Shown: piece after piece, positions 51,681 through 64,000 of the stretch
Layout: each line of letters opens with the position of its first letter
Position numbering within the stretch: position 1 is the stretch's first letter
Assembly (NCBI GenBank): GCA_965113315.1
Contig: OZ220382.1
From: Podarcis vaucheri
Taxonomy: Eukaryota
Reading direction: 5' to 3' (one strand)
Length of the DNA: 64,000 bases
Notes under the pieces: generated by a model
Database searches by the model: none
What the model was told of the DNA's origin: nothing
Seen by the model: only the letters and a program-made list of their open reading frames with translations
Position numbers and translations under genes: made by a program

Positions 51681-53403
51681 GCATTTGCTTTGCATACAAA
51701 ATGTCCCAATGTTCAATCCCTGACATCTCCAGGTAGGATAAAAATAGACCCTTGCCTAATACCCTGGAGAGCTAGTGTCAGTCTGTGTAGGAAGTACTGA
51801 TCTAGGTGGACCTATGACCTGAATTAGTATAAGACATCTGCTTGTTTGATCCTCCCTCTTGGCCCAGTCCATAGAACCACCCAGAGTAGTGTAAGACAAA
51901 CTGGAAGCTCCTTGTTCTTTCCCTTTCTCTTATCACTGCTCACATCCTCAGAGAGGGCAGGTGATCATGCAGAGACAGCAAGAGAGGTGAGCCAGTCCAA
52001 GAGGACTCTGGAAAGGCCCCTCCCTGGGATGTGGTCCTTGGCAGATGCCCAATGATGCCAAACCTGTTTGGTACCCTGTTCTGGCAAAGGTGCAAGCAGT
52101 ATGTAAAAAATACATAAGCTACTAACTAGGGTGCCTATGTTCTTCCTCCATCATTGGAAGCAGTCGTGCCTCTGTATAGCAGCTGCTGGAAACTGCAAGT
52201 GGGAAGAGTATTGTTGCACTCAATTCCTGCTTGTGGGCTTCTCATAAGCATATGGTTGTCACTGTAATAACAGGGTGGTGGTCTAGATTTCCTCCAGCAA
52301 TGCTTAATTTGACCATCAAATTTAGCAATAATTCCATTTGTTTCATAGAACAATCTCCTTCCCTTCATCAAGCAGAAAACAATTCTTTGTAACTCTGAAT
52401 CTGATCTTTAATTCCTGATTTTCCATATAGATTTTTTAAGGCTAGAAACACTCCCTTTTCAATATTTTCATTTCCCATGTGTATTTGCTGGAAATTAGCC
52501 AAACATTGGATTAAAAGAGTCTTTGCCCTATGTTTTTCCCATCTAGCGATGGTACCAGCACCTTACACAGATTTTTCAGTCTTCACCATTTCCAGAAGTC
52601 CTTCATCATCCAAATGCAACTAGATTATGTACAGCCAAGCATGGAAATCTCCTGATTGCAACGTTGGGATCAAGGCATGCCTGTTAACGTTGGCCTGAGC
52701 CTTTGTTCTTTCATTCAGAAACCTTCTGTAGCTTTAGTAAGCTGGCATTGGGCCCAGAACTTTCTGGAGTTTGGTAAATATATTGCAGCAGTGTACAGGA
52801 AAGAAATGGTCTGGTGAAACTGCTTGAAAGTATGAAGAAAACGTAATGTTTATTACTCATGGCAAAGAAAGCCGTTCTGAGGATGGGTTTTATATGTGGC
52901 CAAAATGGAATCACATGTGGACTAACTAAAGTGCAGCTGGCTTGAGCTAATTCACTAGGAGAATAAGTCTCCTTTACCAACAGGTGGTTACTAAAAGAGA
53001 AGGAACCAGTGCCTTTCTGTCTATCATTCCCCCCCCCCCACTGGTTCAGGTAATTTATTGCAAGTATTATTGTTTTATTTCCAATACTGAGCTTTTGGCC
53101 TGATCCAACAGGGTTCTTCTTATGTACTTTATTCCAGGCTTTCCTAAATTGTGGCCCTCCAAATGTTAGGAGGTTCCACTTCCCACCACCCCTGAGAATT
53201 GCCTCTGCTGACTGGGACTGATGGGAGTTGGAGTCCAACAGCAACTGGAGGACCACAGGTTCCTCACTCCTACTTCAAACCCTAAGTCCATTTTCTTGGA
53301 TGCTATGCTAGAAAAATGGCCATGTCTCAAGTCAGGTGCACAGATTTATGTGATTTGCCATTTCAGCTTATTCTTATTCTTTTTCCTTTTTTTAAATTTT
53401 CAG

Positions 53404-53524
53404 ATGCAAGCAACGAGGGGAAAGGATCAAGGTGGAAGAAACCATTGGCCGTGAAATCACCTACCCAGCAAATAAAATCAAGTCCATTGAACCTAAGTAC
53501 ATAAGACATGGCAATAAATTAAAG
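53404..53524 (+). CDS. kdrl: kdrl coding exon 11 (Ig domain 5, middle)
   Basis: Long pyrimidine tract, ttttcag|A ... AAG|gtacgg; 121 nt, phase 2 to 0. Encodes CKQRGERIKVEETIGREITYPANKIKSIEPKYIRHGNKLK (C start, N.I.SI, G..K end, as in VEGFR exon 11). Confidence 0.85.
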
Positions 53525-55874
53525 GTACGGAGTATTGATTTCCTGCAGTTTCAGTGGCTTCACTCAAAAGCCCCCTTTCTCTCTTTGTGTTTTTTTTTAA
53601 ATTAATTTTTGAATATAAAAACCAACATACGATCAGTTACAATTTCCCCCTGTTCACTCCCCATAACAACCACAACTACATCCAGTTGTGTTAGTAATGA
53701 TAAAATAAAACATAGCCTCCTTTGTCAAACATCTCAAGCACTGATTTCCTTTTAGCGCTGAATTTTTGACGTGCTTGGAATTCTTCCACCCTGGGATCAT
53801 GTTCAAATCTTCTCTGTTTATCGACTGTGGTGATGATGTCACTTGTCCCCCTTCCCTGGTTTTCATTTTATTTTTAAAGCTCTCAGAAATTGCACGACTC
53901 ACTCAGAAAGCTTTTTGGTCTTGAGCCTGAGAAAGTGCAAGAAGCGCTTCCAGCCATGAGAACTCTTGCAAAGGGCACCCAGCTAATGAGATCCCTTATC
54001 TCATCCAAATGCTCAGCTGTCTTTCTTTTTTGCTCTCCACCATTCCAGCCACACTTGCTATTCACTCCATGGTTCCGACCCCAAACAAAGCAGAAATGCA
54101 TGAAATTCCTACCTCACTTCTGTTTTGGAGAAATGCCCTTTTTCGGGGGACAGTGTGGTTAGGACAATGTAGGCTGGTTTTCTGTAGTCTTCATCCATCT
54201 ATCTATGTGCATTTTTATCTATATTCAGTGCTTTTTTCTAGTGGGAAAATGGTGTTGGAGCTCACCATGAATACCTCCCTCATTCTTTTAGAATGGCAGT
54301 GGTGCCCATCTGAGAGGGGCTGGATCTGAATTCCAGCTGGGGGAAAAGCCCCTTCTATAGCTATGTTGCTGTCTGCCTGCCTGCCTTATACCTACCTGTC
54401 AGACCATTAATCCAGCTTGCTCAGTATTAGGGGGTGTTTTTCTTTTCTTTATATTTGTATCCTTATCTTGAAAATCAATAAAAATAAGATTTAAAAAATC
54501 CAGCCCAGTATTGTCTACACCAGCCTTCCTCAACCTAGTGTACTCCAGATGGTTTTTGAATTCCCATCAGTCTCTGCAGCCAGCATGGCCAGTGGTCAGG
54601 AATGATGAGAGCTGCAGTCCAACAACATCTGGCAGACAAGAGGTTGTGGAAGGCAGATCTGTGGTGAATGGCAGTGGGTCTCTAGAGGGTTTAAGAAGGA
54701 GTTCCTCCCCACACCCCAGTCCTACCAGTCTCATAAAAGACTGTGGGTCTGGCACTAAACTTTCAGTTCCTTGCATCCACTGATGGGGGATGGAAAGGTG
54801 TCTGCGTGTGTGTGCAGGTAGGTGGAAACATCTGGCTCATATGGCTAGGATGTAGCCTACTGTACAAAGATAAGAGTGACATCAATTGTTGCAAACATTG
54901 CCTTTGGCCTTACCTATACGGCCTCTGAAAGAAATGTGGCCCTTGGGATGATAAAGGTATGTGTGTGCACATGTGCAAATTGTACAGTATTGGTTTTCCT
55001 TTCGGTTCCTAACCTTTGTGGTAATTGTGCCAAAGACTCATAAAGCTAAATTATCTGAGGCTTGGATTTCAAGCATTTTCCCTGTGAAGGCCCATTAGAG
55101 AAAAAAATCCTGCGCAAACACTTTAACGAAGTCCAAGGGTGTCTGCATTAAGCAAAACTTTCAGATAATGAATATAATTTTATAAACAACACACTGATGA
55201 AAACCCTATTGCCTCCAGCCTTCCCCCCACCCTCTTTTTATCAGTGCCAATTACCTCCAGAAATAGAACATTAAGGAAACAGACCAATTCATTTCCCACC
55301 ATATACTAGCAAGTAATTTTATTGGTGCTTTGCAAGCCAGATAAAACAAAAATGCCAGAGACTCTGGTGGCCTGCCTTTAATTGACTGTGCTGTGATGCT
55401 GGCATGAGCTCAGATCTGATAATCTTTCCTATGTGCCTTGACTCTCTTGTACTGTATCAAGAGCCTCACATCACAGACCTCACTGGAGAGACAAATTTCC
55501 TCAGCCTCCAGTGAATCACTTGCTGCCTACTTCCATTTTGGAGATTGAGAGGCCTGTAAGGATGCAGAAATTTCAGAAACAAACAAAAATGGTTATTAAA
55601 AAACCAAACCAAAACACACGGCTTGGAGATGCTTACCCTGCTCTGGTGGTGGTGGTGGTGCTGGTTGTGGTGATAAAATAGGCAAGGCACAGCATTCCCC
55701 GCCAGGTTCATAACTCCTATTTGTTTATTAAAATTGTGTGTTTTAATAACACTTCACAGTGTGACTAACTATCACATAAAACAGCTGGCAAGCTACATTA
55801 AGTTTAGACCTTATTAAAAGACTTCACAATTTCAGGGCCTCAAAAGAGTCCTGCACTGGGTCAGGAGTGAGTTA

Positions 55875-56133
55875 CTGTATTTTTCGCTCTCTAAGACGCA
55901 CCAGACCACAAGACGCACCTAGTTTTTGGAGGAGGAAAACAAGAAAAAAAATATTCTGAATCTCAGAAGCAGGAACAGCAAGAGGGATCACTGCGCAGTG
56001 AAAGCAGCGATCCCTCTTGCTGTTCTGGCTTCTGGGATACGTGTGCAGCCTTCATTCGCTCCATAAGACGCACACACATTTCCCCTTACTTTTTGGGAAG
56101 GGAAAAGTGAGTCTTATAGAGCAAAAAATACGG
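55875..56133. mobile_element. Tc1/mariner MITE with internal hairpin
   Basis: TA|ctgtatttttcgctctctaagac ... gtcttatagagcaaaaaatacgg|TA; internal inverted repeat at ~55966-56032. Confidence 0.85.
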
Positions 56134-57624
56134 TATATGCATGCCTGACACCTTGCTTGGAAGCAGCAGACATCTCTTAAGTTCTGTCTCCACTACAACC
56201 CAACCCTCATTCTCCATTATGTGTGGTCACCATGAAAGGCAAAGGAAATCTTCTCTGACTGATGAGCAAACATTTGAAGAGCCAGAAGGGTTGGATGAGA
56301 ATGCAATTATTCTGAAGTTTAGATAACTAAGCAGTCAGATGTTGGCTTTGGTCTGATAAATAAATGCACCCACAAAGGCTCAAGACAGTATAATAAAGAA
56401 TGAGACACTCACCCTCCATGGGGTTGCCTGTGGATGCAGGGACCTAAATAGCAACACCCAAAATTTATATGCATAATGTAGCTTGCTATACGTTGAGGCA
56501 TTCATGTGGACTGCCCACATCACAAATTATTATTATTATTACATATTTATTTAATATCCTGCCATTTTTCCCCCAAAGGAGCCTAGGGAGGCAAACACAT
56601 CAAATACATTTTTTAAAAATACAGCGTTATAAAACAGTTAAAGCATTCTAAAAACAGTTACAGTTTAAAACATTGTTTCATCTTCTCTCTCTCTCTCTCT
56701 CTCTCTTGGTGTGTGGACAAGATGGTACTGGGGCAGTTAGATAGCTTGTACTGAAACTAGCTAGGGGCTTTGAAAACAGCATTATAAACTTGACCCAGAA
56801 ATGTATTGCAGGTGGCATATATAATACAAGTGTAAATGAAGCAGACCATCATATTCCAATGATAGTGGTGGTGGCAGTAAAACTTCTTTCATTCCTGAAA
56901 GTTTCTAGTATGCTTCAGGCCCCCTTTGTAATCTTTAGAGGACATGCCATCATCCTTAAGACTTGAGGTGAATTGTCTTCCGTGGCTTAATAGTGATTTC
57001 TTTTCTTGCAGTAACGTTAGCTTGTTGCCATGCACTTGGCAGATTTAGGGAGTTGCTGAACGACGCTAGTGTAAACCTGCCAATTCTGTCTTCCCATAAC
57101 CATCTCTATCACAGCACTGTGACAGTATCCAACAGCTTGAACTGTTTCCCACCCACTTTCCCCACACCTACTCACCCGCATTGCCTCACTGCAAGGGAGA
57201 AAATAGAGGTGGGGGTGGGGACGAGACTATGGAACTGAAAAGTGTGGAGTCACACAAGCCCTGTCTATTTTTGCTGACTGCAGTTTCCTGTCTCTTAAGG
57301 CTTAATTGGAAGATCAATTTAAGAGCGTGCCCCTTCATCACTTTAGCCTTTGCAGAATAATCTTGCAAATAGTCCTGGAGACAAAGCTATTTCTTATTCA
57401 CACATGATGGATGGCGTAGCCTTCCTTTGGGGCAAATAACCATGTCATGTATTGTGTTTTTCTTAGAGGCTCAAGGGTGTGCATTCTAGAATTTTAGAAG
57501 CAGAATACTTGATTCTGCAAAGAGGAGGTTACTACATGGTACTTGAATCTATCCAGTCTCAAAGCAGAGGGTTGTTCTTATGTGAATGTATATCCCACGG
57601 ATACTTCCACAATTAGATTACTGA

Positions 57625-57924
57625 GGGCTTCTCCATGCTTGCCTTTCCTCCACTCTTTCTAAGCATGGTCTGCGATTTTAAGCTCAGTATCCAAGCTCCC
57701 CACCTCCCTTTTTTTTTGTTCTAGAGCTTTCCCCATGAAAACCTGCTCTTGAAAGCTCAGTTGGCGTCAACGTCAATCTGCAGAAAACCCGAATTGATGT
57801 TTGCTGGGTTTTTGCGGGGAAAGGTCAGGGCAAGAAACCAGCAACACCATGCTTATGTATGGGGCATTAAACCACAGGCCTCTGCCTGGAAAGCATATGC
57901 CAAAGGTAAAGTGTGGATAAACCC
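57625..57924. mobile_element. PIF/Harbinger-like MITE
   Basis: Imperfect TIRs gggcttctccatgcttgccttt / aaaggtaaagtgtggataaaccc with 3-bp TSD tga. Related copies at ~21540-21843 and ~33975-34213. Confidence 0.6.
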
Positions 57925-60900
57925 TGAGGCAGCTGGCTCCACTGAAACACATTGGGGACTAATCTACACTGGTCAGTGAAAACATAAAAGATGCGTTATA
58001 AACATGAGACACTCGAGGGCACTGTAGAGCAGTGATCTATTGCCGATGTAAATTTGCATTGAGAGCTATATTACTTTCTAAAAATAATGTTATCCCGATC
58101 AGTGTAGATCCAACCTGGCTTTGATACAATCAGAAATTTCTCTTCGTCATGTTATGGTCCATTCATACACATAATCATAGAACCAAAGAGTATGTATAGG
58201 CTCTGAGTAGGAATATGAAGCACCTGTTTATGTACTACAAGTACTTGTGAGAAGAACAGCTATTTTACCTGAAATCCTCCAGGCATTGCAGAAGAGAATT
58301 CTGGAATCCAGAGTGGATTCTGGGATCCAGCTTGATAGACTGGCTGCTGAAAGTTTGCCATGCAGTATTTGTGTGTAGCCATAACCATGGATGACTAGCA
58401 GGCCAGGGTCACCCAATGGGGAGGAGAAAGTGTTGAAGCTCAGTGGCAGAACATCTGCTTTGCATGCATAAGGTCCCTGATTTGATTCCCAGCATTTCCA
58501 GGTAACACTGGGAATGTCCCATGTCTGAATCCCTGTAGAGCTACTACCAGTCAGCATAGGTAATACTAAGCTAGATGGATCAGTGTTCTGAATATAAGGT
58601 AGTTTCTCATGTTCCACCCTAATCTTTATCAGACTCCATTTTTGCAGGCTATGCACTCCTCATTACAGTAAAGTGTGTCATAAGCTGGAAACAGGAAGCT
58701 TTTGTTGCTAGTGTGATAGCATTGGCACTGCCCAAGGGCTACACTTTTCTGTGTGAGAAGAGGACACATTACAAAAGTCACAGTGTGTGGGGGGGGATTG
58801 CTTAATTGGCTCCCAATTACTGCCTCTTCCTCAGTCCTGGGATGGGGAACCTGTGACCCTACGGAAATGGTTGGACTACAACTCCCTTCGCCCTGTTCTT
58901 TGGTCATGTTGACTGCAGCTGGGATGGTTGGAATTCCAACAACATCAAGGGGGCAGGGGCAGGCTCTTCATCCATGCCCTAATCTATAATTCAGGACCCC
59001 CAGTAATTATGATCAGCATAGCTCTGTCAGTGTCTGCCTGCCACAATGGCTATAGAGAGTCTTCATGCTTGGAGGCAGTCTATCTCTGGGTGCAATGTGC
59101 TGGGGTTACACAGCAGGGGAGAGGGAATGTCTTCCAAGCACTGCTTGTGGGCTTTCCGGAAGCAATGGCCTGTCCACTTCTGAAAACAAGAAGTGGGAAA
59201 GAAGAGGCTTTGGTTTGATCTTGCAGTGCTGGATTTATCCTTTTCAGCATTTATGTTTTGTTTGCTTGCCTTTATCCCACTCTTCTCGTTATTTGATCAT
59301 CTTTCTCTGCACGTTTAAAAAACGTGTGCCTTAAAGTTGTTCCAAAGAGACGAGATTTGAAAGAAGAATCCCTTAATCCCCAACGGCAGTTCATGGCCAG
59401 ACACAGACGGATTTCATGGAAGTGGGGCTTCTCCAACCCGAGGTGGTTTTTCTAAGCACCTAAAATAACAGCTGGGGTACATCTGTGCAAACATCTGCAT
59501 TATGTAGTCATAGGCAGTTTATCGTTTGTATTGGTGCAGGCCATATCTGGACTGAGGGGGCGTAGCCGCACATTTTCACATTGCATTCAACCCTCTGAGC
59601 ATATAAATGAGGCATAATCAGGTTTTTTTGTTTTGTTTTGTTTTAAAAAAATGTTATCAAATCAATGAAACATCAGGATCTTTTTAATTGCAAATTTGCA
59701 ATTTAGTTACAACATTTTAAGTGATGTGTCTGAGTCATTCTTAGAGCTGCTTCCTCACTGAGAAATGGCTATAACTCACTAGCAAAGGAGATGTTTTGCA
59801 TGCAGAAGTATCCAGGCTCAGTCTTTGGTGTTTTCAGGTAAGGCTGGGGAAGATATTTGTCTGAAAACTCTGGAGCTCCACAGCTGATCAATGTATAAAG
59901 TCCTGAGTTAGGTGGATCAATGAACTGACTTGGTATACAGTGACTTCCTAAGTTCTTTTTTTAATTGAACCTTTATTCAGAGCAAGGAAGGCTGAAATAT
60001 TAATTTATTTTAGGGAAAGAGCTGCAGCTCAGTAGCTAAAGGATATCTGCATGCAAAAAGATCCAGGTTCAATCTCTGACATCTCCAGTTAGGGCTGCGA
60101 AGGACTGCTGTCTGAAATGCTGGAAAGCCACTGTCAAGTCAGCAAAGACAAAAGTCACATCTAGTCTGACCCTAAGCCATTTGCACCGTGAAAAGGTAAC
60201 AGAACAAAATGTAAAAGGAGTTCCTTGAGAACCAGGATGATCTTAGGGGGCAGATCAGCTGTAAAAAGCCACTGTGAGCTAGACTCCGCTCTCAAATACC
60301 CCAATGTCTATCCCTTTTCTAAACTAAAATCAAGAGCGATATTCCAGATAACCTTAGAGCATTAAGGACATTCTGTATCTTTTGATTGCAAGCAGGAAGT
60401 GCCTGGCTTCTAAAGAAGCTACCAGTGCTGACGTCCTGCTGACCATTTCCATATGAGTTCAGTTTTCTGATTTACTATTTAATATGCTGGAAAGGGAAAT
60501 CCACAGATAGGTTTGCTCATGCAGACATATAGCACCATGTGCAACATGTGATATTCTGGAGACGTGTGGCATTATTGTATTGGCAACTGAAAGAGGACCT
60601 GAGCATGCAGACAACTAAAACTTTTGCATTAGATCCTTGCCAAGATAACTGAACTCTTGATCTCAGGGATTTACGCAGAAGAAGAAAGCTTGAGTGAAAG
60701 GCTGGCACATAATCATTTCAAGGGATTCTTCTTATTAAAAGATAATCACTCTCAATCTTTCATTTCCCCACTGAAATCCTGCAAATTTCTGGGCTCAAGA
60801 GTTGTTTGCAAGTAAAGGCAGGTATGCAGCAAATGGGTTTGGTGAATGTCTGCCTGTGTTACACCTTTATTTCCCACACAAGCATGGAGGGCATGTAAGA

Positions 60901-61877
60901 TACATCTGTTTCAATGCCTGTGTAGCTCTAAACATCTGTTTGCATGTGTCTGGGGACCCTGGTTAACCCAGACAGGCTAATATGGGTAAAGGTGGTCCTT
61001 CAAGTAACTTGGTACCCAAACTATTAAGTGCAGGGATAACCAACAAGGTTCCTTCCAGATGTTTTTAGACTACAACTTCCACCAGTCCCAGTTTGTCAGG
61101 AATGTTGGAAGTTGTAGTTCAACAACATCAGGAAGGCACCTTGTTGGCCATTGCAAGCTATAATAGTTAGCCTGACCACTGTAGTCCATAGGTCTTCAAC
61201 CAGTGGATCAGGACTCACAGGTCGGTTGTGATGCCATTCTAGGTGGGCTGTGGCAAAGTAGTTTCTGCCCTGATGGCTGACCAAACAGAGGAGCACTATT
61301 TGCATTGTCTGAGCAGTGTCTCCTTTCCATGGGTGCTGCAAAACGGCAAAAGAAAAGCAAAAGCCTTTTTCAATGTAAAAGATATTTCTGGCCAACCGTA
61401 GCCCCAGAGGCAGGCTATTTTGTACCCTAGGCAAGGCTAACTACTTGAACACACCACTCCCCAAAATTGCTAACTTCGATTTTCAAAAACAGATGTCTTG
61501 TAGAAAAAATTAGAAGCACAAAATTGAAACTGCTAAATTTGCTTTAAATTGCAAGAATAAGTAACACAACAGTCTTTGATTAACTTTCTCAAATACAGAA
61601 GAAAATGTTTTAGCACACAAATCATTTTGAACAACCTTGTGAATTGTGATGTTGAAATTCAAGTCTCTTAAAGGTTTTCAATTTCAGGCACATAAAAATC
61701 TCATTTTGTGTGCCATTTCCTTTGCAAATTTTGTCACCAATTCCTTCAGGTCAAGTGCTGAGGCTTGGGTATGTTCAATTGATGTAGTTTCCAAACCAAC
61801 TAGTCTCCTTTGCAACATTGTTGAGCATGTGCATTTTCTTAAAGCTTTGAGCAGCCACATGCCACTGACATTGGAAG

Positions 61878-62672
61878 TGTGAGAATGCCCCTTCCGATCG
61901 TCAGGAGGAGGGGGGGTTGCGGGATCACGACCCAACCCACTCTCGCCCTCGCGAGGCCGGCGCCAGCCTCGCGAGGAGGTAGGGGATTCCCTTAATTTCC
62001 ATACCCGGTTGCCCAGCCAATCGGCTGGCGGCAGGGGCGGGCCTTCACAAGGCCACTTAAGGTCGGGGCAGCCCTGGGGCTCGCCCCTTTCATCCCTGGA
62101 AGCGACGCGGTTTCCCACCCACCCGCCCTTTAGGTTTTTGCCAATGACGTTGCTATGGGCTTCGGCTGGTCGCCGCAAGGGGCCTGGTAGGAGTTTTTCC
62201 ATTTGGCTAATTGGCTGATTTTACGAGCCACTTGGTTTTTTCGCCTACCTCGTAGCAACTCGTCACAACTTCCCGGTTTTGGCGGTAGGCATTGGCCGGG
62301 GGTATTGTCATGCAGATGTGGTTGGGGGGGAGGAGCGCCATCACCTCCCCCAATGCTTGAAGGGTAGTTCGTTAAAGGACTCCGAGGGGCGTCGCCTCGT
62401 CCGAAACCTACGGAGGCTAGGGCCTAAAGCGCGCCCCCGAGCGGTAACCCCTCGGGGAGCGCCTAGGGATACGCATCTCGGGTGGCTCCCCCTGTTGGTG
62501 TTTAACCCTTCCCGGTCAGACCGGATAGTCGGTTAGGGGCCAATGCCTAAAGCCAATACCTTTCTTTCCTGTAATCAATAAAGTTGTGGCCATTTTCGCC
62601 CATTTAACCTAAAACTCTGTGTCCGTTGTCTTTATTTATTCCACCCGTGGGGGGGGAGGGAATAGCCACGCA
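61878..62672 (+). mobile_element. CpG-rich solo-LTR-like element
   Basis: Abrupt GC/CpG-rich block, tgtgagaatg...gccacgca (TG...CA), several CCAAT/ATTGG boxes, AATAAA at 62577-62582 followed by a GT/T-rich tract. Confidence 0.65.
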
Positions 62673-62814
62673 AAGATCCTTTGTGCAACAGAAACATTGG
62701 GCACATTATCCAGGAGTTTTTGTTGTAATATGAAAGGAAGCACACCTTTTGGCATTTGAACTATTGTTATAAGTTCACAGCACAGAAAATCCGCATCAGT
62801 AGTTTTTCCAAATT

Positions 62815-64000
62815 CTTTTTTTTATTTTTTTTATTTTATTTTTTAAATAATATATATTAGTTTTCCAACAAATTAAACACAACACTACAAAACAACAAAA
62901 AAGAAAAAACATACAATACAATACAAAAAAGAAACAAACAAAACAAAACAAAAACCATTTAAAACACAATCCAATTTCAACATTTTATCTTTCTTTCCCT
63001 TATTTCCTCGACCTCCTCACACCTCCCTTTTTGTATTCCACTTCTGTTAATTGTTTCAGCAATTCCTTTCCATCTTCCTCTGTTTTCTATCCTATAATTG
63101 TCTTAACACATTCTAACCATATTTTTCCCTTTAAAGCTCTATTAATCTATTTATACTTAATTCCTTGTAACATTTCTACTAAAGCCATATAACTTCATTC
63201 CAACATTTTTCTAACATTCATTAATTTTACAGTATTTCTGCAAATAGTCTTTAAACTTTTTCCAGTCTTCTTCCACCGACTCTTCCCCCTGGTCTCGGAT
63301 TCTACCAGTCATTTCCGCCAATTCCATGTAGTCCATCAATTTCATCTGCCATTCTTCCCTGGTGGGTAAATCTTGTGTCTTCCAATATTTCGCGATGAGT
63401 ATTCTTGCTGCTGTTGTTGCATACATAAAAAAGTTCTATCCTTCTTTATCACCAATTGGCCGACCATGCCCAGGAGAAAGGCCTCTGGTTTCTTAAGGAA
63501 TGTATATTTAAATACCTTTTTCATTTCATTATGTATCATCTCCCAGAATGTCTTAATCCTTGGGCACGTCCACCAAAGGTGAGAGAATGTACCTTCAGTC
63601 TCTTTACATTTCCAACATTTATTATCGGGCAAATGATAGATTTTTTTCAAGCTTAACTGGTGTCATGTACCACCTGTAAATCATTTTCATTAAATTTTCT
63701 CTTAGGGCATTACATGCCGTAAATTTCATACCTGTGGTCCATAACCGTTCCCAGTCAGCCATCATTATGTTATGTCCAACATCTTGTGCCCATTTAATCA
63801 TAGCTGATTTCACTGTTTCATCCTGAGTGTTCCATTTCAACAGCAAGTTATACATTCTTGACAAATTCTTGGTTTTTGGATCTAACAATTCTGTTTCCAA
63901 TTTTGATTTTTCCACCTGGAAACCAACTTTTTTGTCCAATTTGTATGCCTCCATTATTTGATAATAAAGGAGCCAATATCGCACTTTGTTTTCAATTTTT
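62815..64000 (-). mobile_element. L1/Tx1-like LINE, ORF2 C-terminus (frameshifted) plus 3' UTR and A-rich tail; runs past the window end
   Basis: Overlapping ORFs 63622..63984, 63342..63650 and 63211..63426 join via frameshifts; CWKC...HLWWTC is the L1 ORF2 cysteine-rich motif; T-rich tract at 62815-62845. Confidence 0.9.

Noticed and set aside
57467-57615. Candidate kdrl exon 12 after ttttcttag
   Set aside because: The translation (RLKGVHSRILEAEYLILQRGGYY...) lacks the expected STLV...SG.Y.C.A.NKVG pattern and has no suitable donor. Exon 12 probably lies beyond the window.

Overview
This is eukaryotic (vertebrate) genomic DNA, almost certainly from a squamate and probably a lacertid lizard. 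That inference rests on the repeat content: Sauria SINEs, Squam3/MIR-derived SINEs, BovB, CR1, L2, L1 and Penelope fragments. The window lies inside one large + strand gene. Nine GT-AG coding exons (1861-2081, 20875-20999, 26632-26794, 27607-27743, 30155-30320, 32883-33000, 33351-33529, 44699-44849, 53404-53524) splice with matching phases into one open frame of 1381 nt (~460 codons). They encode Ig-like domains 1 to ~5 of a VEGF receptor, best matching kdr-like (kdrl/VEGFR4), equivalent to exons 3-11. The signal peptide, transmembrane and kinase exons lie outside the window. Most ORFs in the supplied track are spurious or transposon remnants. The introns carry dense, often nested, transposable elements. 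The most notable side observations are Penelope-derived hammerhead-ribozyme remnants, a TSD-flanked tailless 5S rRNA retropseudogene, two solo-LTR-like elements (one CpG-rich and sense-oriented with a polyA signal), a candidate FOX:ETS/SOX endothelial enhancer, and a filled/empty insertion-site pair. I found no convincing evidence for a wholly new multi-gene system. All identifications come from reading the sequence and recalled family knowledge, not from database searches.
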